Shown piece after piece: positions 11,055 through 20,133 of a stretch of 64,000 nucleotides of DNA (its first letter is position 1; every line of letters begins with the position of its first letter). Source of the stretch: an uncultured Acidobacteriota bacterium (lineage in GTDB: Bacteria; Acidobacteriota; Terriglobia; Acidiferrales; UBA7541); NCBI GenBank assembly GCA_963823145.1, contig CAWGJZ010000002.1, forward strand, positions 1,306,462 to 1,370,461, read 5' to 3'. The notes under the pieces were generated by a model that saw nothing but the letters and a program-made list of their open reading frames with translations, was not told the DNA's origin and did not search any database. A program made the translations under genes and the position numbers.

Positions 11055-11867
11055 TTAGCCTCCCTGGATTGTAATCGTGCGCAGGGTGCGACTCCACCAC
11101 AAGTGCGCGAGGACAATCAGCGCAAAGACCCAGAACCACTCGGTAGCCAGAGCTTGCAGCGCGTGTGTACGGTCGAGCTTCCCGAGATAAATCTGAAGCG
11201 GTGTATAGGCAATATGCTCGAACGGAAGCCACGCCAGAATTCGTTGAATTGTTTGCGGGAAAAATGTCATCGGGAGCAGCAGCCCGGAAAGCAACTCGAT
11301 CAGCCACTGCTTGGCGCGGATCAGGGCGAGAATCGACTTCAGCGGAATCGCGCAAGTGCCGATCATCAAGTTGATCGCGGCCATCAGGAAAAAACTGCCG
11401 AGCACGGCGACCAGAAAGAAGAGGAAATTGTCGCTCGATGCCGGTCGCTGAAGAGGAAACACGAGCGCCACGACCACTGCCGTCGGCAAAGTGAGCAATC
11501 CCAGGCGGAACGCGGACTCGCCCATCGCCCGGCAGATCCACATCCATTGCACCGACACCGGCTTGATCAAATCCATGGCGATCTTACCTTCGATAACCTC
11601 GTAGGCCATTTCCTGATCGATCGTATTCCAATAAAACGAGCGGATGATCCAGCCGACGCTGACGTAAGTTATCATTTGCGAAAGGTTGTAGCCGGCAAAC
11701 GACGAAGCGGAGCGAAATACGGCGCTCCAAATGAAGTAGTAAATCGTCACGTTGAGCGAATACGTGATGATGCCGGTGAAGTAGCGCAGGCGGAACGCGA
11801 GAATGTTCACGAATCCGACGCGCGCAAATTCCGCGTAGGGCGCCAGAGATTCAACCAGTTCGCTCAT
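11055..11867 (-). CDS. ABC-2 type transporter permease
   Basis: 270 aa multi-TM protein (MSELVESLAPYAEFARVGFVNILAFRLRYFTG...) directly upstream of a second, similar permease. Confidence 0.8.
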   Translation of the reverse strand: MSELVESLAPYAEFARVGFVNILAFRLRYFTGIITYSLNVTIYYFIWSAVFRSASSFAGYNLSQMITYVSVGWIIRSFYWNTIDQEMAYEVIEGKIAMDLIKPVSVQWMWICRAMGESAFRLGLLTLPTAVVVALVFPLQRPASSDNFLFFLVAVLGSFFLMAAINLMIGTCAIPLKSILALIRAKQWLIELLSGLLLPMTFFPQTIQRILAWLPFEHIAYTPLQIYLGKLDRTHALQALATEWFWVFALIVLAHLWWSRTLRTITIQGG

Positions 11868-12053
11868 GCCAAGTTCACGCGACGATCTTAGGTAGACGCA
11901 CGGCCGAGCGCAAGGGCGAGCGCCTGTGGCCTTTCTCGCTGAGTCCGGTAAGTGTCAGGCGGATGGAAAAGCGGCACGCGGTGAACTACACTCCTTCGTG
12001 CTTCAGGCTGCGCGATTACCAGCAATGGCGTTACGACAATTGGAGGAATTGGT

Positions 12054-13532
12054 ATGCAGCGTGCGATCAATGAACCGAGCAAAGCAAACGAGAAGGCGCT
12101 GGGTCCTGGTGCGCTGAATGGTAAGCGCTACATCGAATCGTTGCGCGATGGCCGCGAGGTTTGGGTTGCCGGAGAACGGGTGAAAGACGTTACCGCACAC
12201 CCGGTTTTTGCGGGGATGTGCCGCGAAATGGCGCGGATTTACGACATGCAGCACGCTCCCGAAACGATCGACCAGATGACGTTCGTGAACGAAAACGGTG
12301 CGCGCGTCTCGTATTCGTATCTGGAGCCGAAATCGTACGATGACCTCCTCCTGCGACGGCGCAACGCGGAAATCTGGGCGCAGGAATCGTTTGGGATGAT
12401 GGGACGCTATCCCGATTTCTGCGCGGCCATCGCTATCGGATTCAAAAGCGCGGGCGACGAGTTGGCGAAATTCAATCCGGCATTCGCGAAAAACGCGGCG
12501 TGGCATCACCAATTCGCGGCTGAAAACGACCTTTGCCTGGGGCACGGGCTCCACGATCCGACCATGGATAAATCGCTGCGCCCGGAGCAGGATCCGGACC
12601 GCTGCCTTCGAATCGTGAAGGAAACGGACACCGGCTACATCGTACGCGGCGCGCGATTGGTAACGCTGGCTCCGCTCTGCCACGAAATGCAGATCGCTCC
12701 CACCTATCAATTGAACGAGCAGGAAAAGGATCACGCGATTTGGTTCGCGATTCCCGCCAATGTAAAGGGCCTGAAAATTATTTGTCGCGAGCCATTCAGC
12801 GACCGCAGCGCATTCGATCATCCCGCATCCTCGCGATTCGACGAAGAAGACGCGATGGTAGTTTTCGACGATGTGCTGGTGCCATTCGAACGTGTGTTTC
12901 TGGCGCGAGAACCTTTGGCGGCGCGCCAGCTATTCGGGCCGCGGGTAATGACGTGGACCGGGCCTTCGGCGACTGTGCAAGCGATCGCGCGGATGGAACT
13001 TCTGATCGGCGTGGCACACCTGATGGCGAAAACCGCCGGAACGGACACGCGGCCGCTAGTACAGGCAGAGCTTGGCGAGCTGGTTACGTATCAGCGAATC
13101 CTGCGGTCCATCCTGCGCGCTGCGGAAGTGGATTGTGTGAAATTGCCGAACGGATTGGTGGCGCCCGGGCCGATGATTCATCAGCGGTCGCTTACGGCCC
13201 TGGTTTCCGAGCGGATCATCAATATCTTGGAGCACATCGGCTCGAGCTCGCTGATTTTTGCGCCGAGCGAGAAGGATTTTGATGCGGCGGAATTGCGTCC
13301 GCTGCTCGATGTATATTCGCGGGGCAAAGGCGCCTCCGGAATCGACCGAGTGAAGCTGGCCAAGCTGGCGTGGGAGTTGACCGGCGATCAGTTCGGCGGA
13401 CGGCAACAATTGTACGAGCGGCTGCATTCGGGCGATCCGCAAACTGTGATTTCGCTCTCCTATCTGCAATACGACAAGAGCAAAGCTGTGAAGATGGTCG
13501 AGCGGCTGATCGGAGCGAGATTTGCGGTGTGA
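12054..13532 (+). CDS. 4-hydroxyphenylacetate 3-monooxygenase oxygenase-component family (HpaB-like, group D flavin monooxygenase)
   Basis: 492 aa. The N-terminus (GKRYIESLRDGREVWVAGERVKDVTAHPVFAGMCREMARIYDMQH) matches the HpaB/4-hydroxybutyryl-CoA dehydratase fold family. GGAGGA SD upstream of the ATG. Confidence 0.85.
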   Translation: MQRAINEPSKANEKALGPGALNGKRYIESLRDGREVWVAGERVKDVTAHPVFAGMCREMARIYDMQHAPETIDQMTFVNENGARVSYSYLEPKSYDDLLLRRRNAEIWAQESFGMMGRYPDFCAAIAIGFKSAGDELAKFNPAFAKNAAWHHQFAAENDLCLGHGLHDPTMDKSLRPEQDPDRCLRIVKETDTGYIVRGARLVTLAPLCHEMQIAPTYQLNEQEKDHAIWFAIPANVKGLKIICREPFSDRSAFDHPASSRFDEEDAMVVFDDVLVPFERVFLAREPLAARQLFGPRVMTWTGPSATVQAIARMELLIGVAHLMAKTAGTDTRPLVQAELGELVTYQRILRSILRAAEVDCVKLPNGLVAPGPMIHQRSLTALVSERIINILEHIGSSSLIFAPSEKDFDAAELRPLLDVYSRGKGASGIDRVKLAKLAWELTGDQFGGRQQLYERLHSGDPQTVISLSYLQYDKSKAVKMVERLIGARFAV

Positions 13533-13568
13533 TTTTGGCGTTTCGTTGGGCTGCTAGGGCAGTTCTAG

Positions 13569-14606
13569 CTAGCGATCAGCGTAAAAGCCGGCTCTGGCCT
13601 GGACCGTGAAGCCCTTTTGTTTGGCGACGAGATGAATCCTGTGATAACCGATCTCGGCGTCGGGGCCTTCGGGAGTGTAGCCGAGGCTGTACTGATTTCG
13701 CAGTTCCTCTTCGATCTGCGCGTAGATTTTGTCGATTGGCTGTTTGCCTGAGACTTCGAAAAGCCGGCCGCCAGTTTCCTCGGAAATCTGTTGGAGAACT
13801 TTTTTGCCATTCGGTCGCTCTTCTTGCCGCGGATACTGGCGACGCCCGCCGCCACCCATCGGGCCCATGCCTCCATGCATGCCGCCGAAACCTCCGCCTC
13901 CACCTCGGTGTCTTTCGTCACCGGGAAATAAAATGGAATAAACAAGAGTATCGGCGCGCTGGGCCGCTTCGATAGCGCTCTGCAATGACTCTTTGCTGCC
14001 GCGATCGACTCCGTCGCTGAGGACAATGATCGCCTTTCGGCCCTGCTGCTTTTTCATCAAATCATCGGAAGCAAGCCAAATGGCATCGTAGAGCAAAGTT
14101 CCGCCGCCGCGGCCGTCGGAGCCGGAATCGTAACCGGGCGCTCCATTTCCATTTCTTTGTGGCGTATCGAGCAAGTCGAGCGAGGACTCCAGCTTCTCGC
14201 GCGACGAAGTGAGGTCCTGAAGCAGCTCGACTTCGCGATCGAAATGGATCAGGAAGGCTTTGTCCATGTCCTCGCGCAACACATGGTCCAGAAAGGTGTA
14301 GCTGGCGTTACGCTCGTCGCGAAGAACGCGGCGTTGACTCCCACTCGTGTCGACAAGCAAGCCGAGGGTCAGCGGGAGATTGTCTTCCTGCAAGTAATAT
14401 TTGATGGTCTGCGGATGGCCGTCTTCGTCCAACGTGAAATCGTCTTTGGTTAGATTGCGGATGATGTTGCCGTGCTTATCCCGCACAGCGGCGAGCACGT
14501 TGACAACTTTCACTTTGACGGAAATGTTCGGCGCCTGCTGGCTTTCGAGAGGTGCGACTGCCAGCAGTAGAACTAGCGAGAGCCGAAGGCCACGAACCAT
14601 CTTCAT
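13569..14606 (-). CDS. VWA domain protein (acidobacterial VWFA-related type)
   Basis: Signal peptide, then VKVVNVLAAVRDKHGNIIRNLTKDDFTLDEDGHPQTIKYY, which is typical of the TIGR03436 VWFA-related family. Also a MIDAS-like LLVDTSGS motif and a Gly-rich insert. Confidence 0.85.
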   Translation of the reverse strand: MKMVRGLRLSLVLLLAVAPLESQQAPNISVKVKVVNVLAAVRDKHGNIIRNLTKDDFTLDEDGHPQTIKYYLQEDNLPLTLGLLVDTSGSQRRVLRDERNASYTFLDHVLREDMDKAFLIHFDREVELLQDLTSSREKLESSLDLLDTPQRNGNGAPGYDSGSDGRGGGTLLYDAIWLASDDLMKKQQGRKAIIVLSDGVDRGSKESLQSAIEAAQRADTLVYSILFPGDERHRGGGGGFGGMHGGMGPMGGGGRRQYPRQEERPNGKKVLQQISEETGGRLFEVSGKQPIDKIYAQIEEELRNQYSLGYTPEGPDAEIGYHRIHLVAKQKGFTVQARAGFYADR

Positions 14607-14661
14607 GTGGGTTTATTCGCCCCGATTGGATGTGTAGCAAGGTGTTTTGGTTTGTCGGCGC

Positions 14662-15684
14662 CTAGGCCGGGACTTCCAGCGTGGCTTGGCCGGCATAGAT
14701 GCGCTTGACGATTTCCTCAATGGATTCGTCTTCGATGAGAAGGTCGCGGACCTCAACGGCGGCGAGGATCTGTCGGATCAAGTCGGCGGTGGCTACTTGA
14801 GTGCGATCGAAACTGATGCGAAAGGTCAGCTCATCCACTTGGTCGAGATGGAGGCCGTCGCGCGAAAATGCGACGACGCGACCAGCTTCAGCGCGGTCCT
14901 TCAGCGCGAACTTGATCTGCTTCGTGCGGAGCAACCTTTCTTTCAATTGATCGAGCGGGCCATCGTAGAGGACGCGGCCGTGGTCGATGATCATGATGCG
15001 CCGGCAGAGCTCTTCAATATCGTCGAGATCGTGAGTGGTGAGCAAAACGGTGGTGCGAAACTCGCGATTGATAGCACGCAGGAAGTGTCGGATGTGGTCC
15101 TTGGCGACCACATCGAGGCCGATGGTCGGCTCATCGAGGAAAAGCAGCGGGGGATTGTGCAGCAGAGCTGCGGCCAGATCGCAGCGCATGCGTTCGCCGA
15201 GCGAAAGTTTGCGCACGGGAGTGTGCAAGTAATCGCGAATGCCGAGTATTTCGTTGAAGCGCTCCATGCGCGCGTCGAAATCCTGCTGCGATACATCGTA
15301 AATGCGGCGCAGCAGCTTGAACGACTCGATCACCGCAATATCCCACCAAAGCTGAGTGCGTTGGCCGAAGACCACGCCGATGGTTTTCACGTACTGCGTA
15401 CGCTGGCGAAAAGGGACGAAGTCGTTCACGACAATTTCGCCGCTGGTGGGAACGAGAATGCCGGTGAGCATTTTGATAGTCGTGGATTTGCCCGCGCCAT
15501 TCGGTCCGATGTAGCCCACCATTTCGCCCCGATCGATGGAAAAGCTGACGCGGTCCACAGCCGCGACGTTGCGGTACTCGCGGACGAAAAGATTCTGGAT
15601 CGAGCCCAGAATTCCTTCGCGACGATGGAAGGCGCGAAAGTGTTTCGAAAGCTCGCGGACATGGATGAGCGGGCCGGCGGTCAT
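14662..15684 (-). CDS. ABC transporter ATP-binding protein
   Basis: Walker A (GPNGAGKSTT), ABC signature (LSLGERMR) and Walker B (LLFLDEPT). The C-terminal extension is typical of ATPases that pair with ABC-2 permeases. Confidence 0.92.
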   Translation of the reverse strand: MTAGPLIHVRELSKHFRAFHRREGILGSIQNLFVREYRNVAAVDRVSFSIDRGEMVGYIGPNGAGKSTTIKMLTGILVPTSGEIVVNDFVPFRQRTQYVKTIGVVFGQRTQLWWDIAVIESFKLLRRIYDVSQQDFDARMERFNEILGIRDYLHTPVRKLSLGERMRCDLAAALLHNPPLLFLDEPTIGLDVVAKDHIRHFLRAINREFRTTVLLTTHDLDDIEELCRRIMIIDHGRVLYDGPLDQLKERLLRTKQIKFALKDRAEAGRVVAFSRDGLHLDQVDELTFRISFDRTQVATADLIRQILAAVEVRDLLIEDESIEEIVKRIYAGQATLEVPA

Positions 15685-15731
15685 GACCGCAAGAATTCTA
15701 ACATTTGCGGCAGGCTACAGCAGAACCCCAG

Positions 15732-17798
15732 CTAGTTATGGTGCGCGGCTTGCTGCTTTTTGTATGCGTCCCAGGAAATGGAGATAAGATACGCGTGGAT
15801 GGCATCCACATCAGCGGGGCTGAGGATGCCGTCCCACGGAGGCATTCCCGCGTTCTTGAGTACGCCGCCAAGGACAATTTGCTGAAACGCGTTGTGCGTT
15901 TCGGGGCTCATCCTTCGCAAATCGGGCGTAAGTGTGTGTGGCGCATTTGCATGGCACGAAGCACAACGCGCGGCAAAGAGCGCGCCGCCCTGTTTAACCG
16001 TCTCGGCAGAGGCGGTTAGAGGGGGTGGCTGCGGAATCGGCCGAATCGGTGGCAGAAGCGGAGGAATTGGCGCAGGACCGCCGCCCAGTTTGAAAGCGAT
16101 GATGCGGCCTTCGTTCCCGCGCTCATAAGCAGCGCTATCCGGATGCGGGAAATTCCAGCCGCCGCCTCCCCACGCAGCCATCACCGCGACGTATTGGACG
16201 CCATCCACCGTGTAAGACATCGGCGCCGCGATCACTGTGGTTCCAATTTCAATGCTCTTTAGCCTCTTTCCGGTGTCCGCGTCGTAAGCACAAAACTGTC
16301 CCGTGCCTGTGCCCTGGAAGACAAGGCCTCCTGCCGTCGCAAGCACTCCGGCGTGATCCCACCAATCCGCCGAGGGAGCTTCCCAAACGACTTTGCTGCG
16401 AATTGGATCCCAAGCGCGAAGATACGTCCTGCCGGAAAAGATCGAGGTTTGGCCATTTTCAATTTCCGGAATGTAGACGAGCCCCGTCTTCGGATCGTAA
16501 GACATCGGGTTCCAATTGTGTCCACCCATCGGCGATGGTGAAATCAGATTCTTTCCATCGGTCGAATATCTGAAAGCGCGCGCGTGAGCGGCTTCCACCG
16601 GGCGTCCGGTCTTCATGTCGACGTGACTCGCCCAGGTGACGGGAACGTATTTGTTGGCGGAGAGAAGTTTTCCGGTCTGGCGATCAAGGATGTAGAAGAA
16701 GCCCGGTTTCGACGCTTGCATAAGCACCTTGTGCGTCCGGCCGCCAACTTTTCGATCGGTCAGGATAATCGGCTGCACCACGTCGTAGTCCCATTGGTCG
16801 CCGGGAACCTGCTGGTAATACCACGCCATGCGGCCGGTGTCCGGATTCACGGCGATGATCGACGCGATGTAAAGATTGTCGCCGCCATTCGGGCTGCGCT
16901 TGGATCGGTCGTAAAAGGTTCCGTTGCCCGTCCCGAAATACAGAAGGTTCAGCTCCGGATCGTAGACCATCGAGCCCCAGACGGTGCCGCCACCGCCCAT
17001 GTTCCAATTGCTTTTGGGGTCCCAAGTTTTGGCCGCGGCCACAAGTTCAGGATTCTCGTAAGGCTTGGATGGATCGCCGGGTACCGTGAAGAATCGCCAC
17101 GCGAGTTTGCCGGTATCGAGGTTGTAGGCGGTGATGTAGCCGCGCGCGTCGTATTCCGAGCCGCCATTTCCGATGACGACAACGTTTCCCGCAACTTCGG
17201 GCGCGCCGGTGGATGTGTAGCCTTTTGTCTTGTCGATTATGGTGTCGGCCTGCCACACCACCGCGCCGGTAGCCGCATCGAGCGCAAAAAGTTTTCCATC
17301 GAACGAAGCGACGTAGACCTTGCCCTTCCATACGGCTACGCCGCGATTCACTTCATCGCAGCATGCTTCGCGGTTCACGCGCAGGTCGGCGTGCGGATCG
17401 AAACTCCAAATTTCCTTGCCGGTTCTTGCATTGAGCGCGTAGGCCTTCCCGGTGGATCCCGACGTGTACATCACGCCATCGACGACGATGGGCGTAGCTT
17501 CGAGGCCGCGATTGGTGTGCGTGTCGTAGTCCCACGCAAAGCCGAGGCGATCGACATTCTGCTTGTTGATCTGGGCGAGCGGGGAATAGTGGCCTTTGCC
17601 GAAGTCGCGGCCCGAGGTGAGCCACTCTCCCGGATGCTTGTCGGCCGCGAGGAGCCGCTTGGTGTCGATCTGACCGCGAGCCGCGGCGGGATTGCTTTGA
17701 TCACCGAACGCAATTATCTTCAGCAGGCCATAGCCTGCGAGCGAGCAGACTAGGGCTGCCATTGCGAGGCCAGACACAACTCGGAACCTCAAGAGCAT
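15732..17798 (-). CDS. PQQ-dependent quinohemoprotein alcohol dehydrogenase
   Basis: Signal peptide, vicinal Cys pair ACCDEV, eight-bladed propeller W-motifs, WDYD active-site region, and a C-terminal cytochrome c domain with CASCH (CxxCH). GGAGGAG SD upstream. Confidence 0.9.
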   Translation of the reverse strand: MLLRFRVVSGLAMAALVCSLAGYGLLKIIAFGDQSNPAAARGQIDTKRLLAADKHPGEWLTSGRDFGKGHYSPLAQINKQNVDRLGFAWDYDTHTNRGLEATPIVVDGVMYTSGSTGKAYALNARTGKEIWSFDPHADLRVNREACCDEVNRGVAVWKGKVYVASFDGKLFALDAATGAVVWQADTIIDKTKGYTSTGAPEVAGNVVVIGNGGSEYDARGYITAYNLDTGKLAWRFFTVPGDPSKPYENPELVAAAKTWDPKSNWNMGGGGTVWGSMVYDPELNLLYFGTGNGTFYDRSKRSPNGGDNLYIASIIAVNPDTGRMAWYYQQVPGDQWDYDVVQPIILTDRKVGGRTHKVLMQASKPGFFYILDRQTGKLLSANKYVPVTWASHVDMKTGRPVEAAHARAFRYSTDGKNLISPSPMGGHNWNPMSYDPKTGLVYIPEIENGQTSIFSGRTYLRAWDPIRSKVVWEAPSADWWDHAGVLATAGGLVFQGTGTGQFCAYDADTGKRLKSIEIGTTVIAAPMSYTVDGVQYVAVMAAWGGGGWNFPHPDSAAYERGNEGRIIAFKLGGGPAPIPPLLPPIRPIPQPPPLTASAETVKQGGALFAARCASCHANAPHTLTPDLRRMSPETHNAFQQIVLGGVLKNAGMPPWDGILSPADVDAIHAYLISISWDAYKKQQAAHHN

Positions 17799-17941
17799 AA
17801 GATCAATCTCCTCCAGCCATGCAGCTTGAAAAAAATGGGAAGGGAAAAAACCGGCGCCACCCCGGCGCTGCGGATTGCGCTTGCTGAATTACAAATATCA
17901 ACAGATCTTTCGCTCCGAAAGCCGCCTTCTGCAATTCAATC

Positions 17942-18931
17942 TTAGTGGTAGTGAATCCAAGGCGACCGCATGTTGTACGGGACGCCGATAAACACTGCCT
18001 CGATCTGCTGAATTTTGCCATCCCGAATTTTGAATAGTTCCAGCAGGCAAAGCGTGCTTGGCGTTCTCATGGGAGAGTGTATGACGGTGCCGTCGGTGAG
18101 AGCAAAGTTGGCCAGCCTGCCGGCGTGATCGATGAAACCCGCCGCCATCACCAGGCCGCGCTCTTCGTCCACCAGGAAAAAACGGCGGTCGCGAACGCGG
18201 TCGTCGTAGCGGTAATTGCCAAGCTTGAATTGTTGCGCGCAACCCAAGTTCGCAACGGGGATAATTTTCATCAAGTCGGGATTGTGAGTTGTTTGCAAAC
18301 CATTCTCGATGCGATTGCAATTGTCGTCGAATTGCGTGAAGAGAACTCCGTCGTTGAGCTGGAGGGTGCTGAAATATCCGTCCACAAGCGCGATCATGCG
18401 AGCGCGGGGACGTCGAAGCTCCGGCGGAACGATTTCGTTCAGCACCGGCTTCTCGACGAGGTTGGGTTTGCTCGGGAAAGGACCGGCGCCTTCGCTGCGC
18501 CGGATCAGAGTTTCGGCCTCGGAAATTTTGCCATCTTCCACTTTTAGCCGAAGCGCGAAAACGGAGGTCGCGTTGGTCTCGTCCACGATTCCGTAGAAGC
18601 CGACTTCGCCATTCGTAGGATCAGCCATCCGAAGATTGTAGTTGCCGAGGCCGGTCACGGTGCCCCACACGCCATCGCCGATATCCATCATCACATTATT
18701 TTCCGAGTAGCGGAAATTCTTTGCCAGCGGCAGGCGCGACGGATCCTTCATCTTCAGTGCGTCGAGATATTGATCGAGGAGGCCATACAGGCAGGCGCGG
18801 TCGCAATTATGCGCAACGCCAACCTGCCCGTTGTCCGCGGCGCGAACGCGGCCCGGGTGCGCCAGCAGCGCCACGCCCAGTGCAACAATCGCGAGACACC
18901 ATGCGACCAAAAGCACTTTCCTGGGGATCAT
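17942..18931 (-). CDS. secreted hypothetical protein
   Basis: Start set to ATG 18931, preceded by GGAGGA. Signal peptide MIPRKVLLVAWCLAIVALGVALLAHPGRVRA. No family recognised. Same strand and tightly spaced with the PQQ dehydrogenase. Confidence 0.7.
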   Translation of the reverse strand: MIPRKVLLVAWCLAIVALGVALLAHPGRVRAADNGQVGVAHNCDRACLYGLLDQYLDALKMKDPSRLPLAKNFRYSENNVMMDIGDGVWGTVTGLGNYNLRMADPTNGEVGFYGIVDETNATSVFALRLKVEDGKISEAETLIRRSEGAGPFPSKPNLVEKPVLNEIVPPELRRPRARMIALVDGYFSTLQLNDGVLFTQFDDNCNRIENGLQTTHNPDLMKIIPVANLGCAQQFKLGNYRYDDRVRDRRFFLVDEERGLVMAAGFIDHAGRLANFALTDGTVIHSPMRTPSTLCLLELFKIRDGKIQQIEAVFIGVPYNMRSPWIHYH

Positions 18932-19120
18932 TTCATCCTCCGGATTGATCGGCGGGAAGATACTACATCGAGCGAAAACTACAAGGGGTTTCAATAGCAG
19001 AGGAATCGGCGCGTCGTTGCGCCAGGCACACCAAGAAAGCTGCCTCCGAGACTATCGGCGGCTGCCTTCCTGGCTGGCTTTAGGTTGTGATCAGCTCAGA
19101 TTCCTGCACGCTGCGCGGGC

Positions 19121-20008
19121 TTAGTGCTGCAACGCACTGGGCCGCGTGAACAGCGATCTCAGGTCGACGCCCAAAGTGAGAGTCCCCGCGTCATTATTGA
19201 GTTTGATGCTGTGAACGTAAGCGGCCTCGATATAAAACGTGCGTCCGGCCATCAGCCGAAGCCAAGACGAATAGCCGCGATCGTGGGTGACGTCGGATAT
19301 GGTTTCCCCTGGAGGAGGAGCCAGAAAGAAGTTCGTAACGCCGTTGTAGACCTTTTGGTCGCCCCCAGGAAACAGCTCATAATACGATTCCCCCACGGTC
19401 ACATAGCGAACCACCCTAAAATCCACTCCGCCTTCCACGTCGCCCGTGAAGCCGAGGGTCTTGAACGAGTCGGCGAGCCGAAATGGCTGCGAGAGCAAAC
19501 GAGTATCCAAAACTCCGTTCGCGATCCCCGCGTTCACAAATGGGTCGAACCGTCCCATCGGAACGTCGAAGTGGTTGAACCAATCGGCGCCTACTCTTCC
19601 CGTGCTGAACGCTCCGGTCTCCTGGGCCGGCACGGACACGGTGAAGGCCGTATCGTAATTCAGGCCGCTGCCGTTGAATGTCAGCCTCAAATCCCCATAC
19701 GGATCACCGACGTTGTAGTTCCACTGATGCGCCTGTCCGGGAAAGGTCTCCCGCACCAGATAAACGGGAACTCCAAGGTCAGCGCCGATGTGATCGTTGA
19801 ACTGGTATCCGAAGCTGGTATCGAAAATCAAAAATTGTCCAAAATTACTATCACTCGCCCGAATGTCTTCGTAAGCTGTTATTCCCCGCTCTTGGTAACC
19901 GTAAGCCGGCGCCTGTGCGAGAAGTGTTTTGCCGCCCAGTAGAAAAACTAGGGCAGCCACGGTGGCGAATACGATCGTTGATCCATATTTCCATGACCTG
20001 AGTCGCAT
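19121..20008 (-). CDS. putative outer-membrane beta-barrel protein
   Basis: Signal peptide (…LLGGKTLLAQA), then alternating hydrophobic/polar beta-strand patterns rich in Gly/Tyr/Phe/Asp. GGAGGG SD upstream. Confidence 0.7.
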   Translation of the reverse strand: MRLRSWKYGSTIVFATVAALVFLLGGKTLLAQAPAYGYQERGITAYEDIRASDSNFGQFLIFDTSFGYQFNDHIGADLGVPVYLVRETFPGQAHQWNYNVGDPYGDLRLTFNGSGLNYDTAFTVSVPAQETGAFSTGRVGADWFNHFDVPMGRFDPFVNAGIANGVLDTRLLSQPFRLADSFKTLGFTGDVEGGVDFRVVRYVTVGESYYELFPGGDQKVYNGVTNFFLAPPPGETISDVTHDRGYSSWLRLMAGRTFYIEAAYVHSIKLNNDAGTLTLGVDLRSLFTRPSALQH

Positions 20009-20133
20009 TTTCCCTCCCCATCCCTTAAGTTCGCAGTACGTGCAGTCTATTTGGTCCAGTTACGCATGCCTCATGAGAGCAGGAACAGGAGGCCGATTGC
20101 CCGGCCTCCTTTCCATGTTGGTCCGGCCTTACA

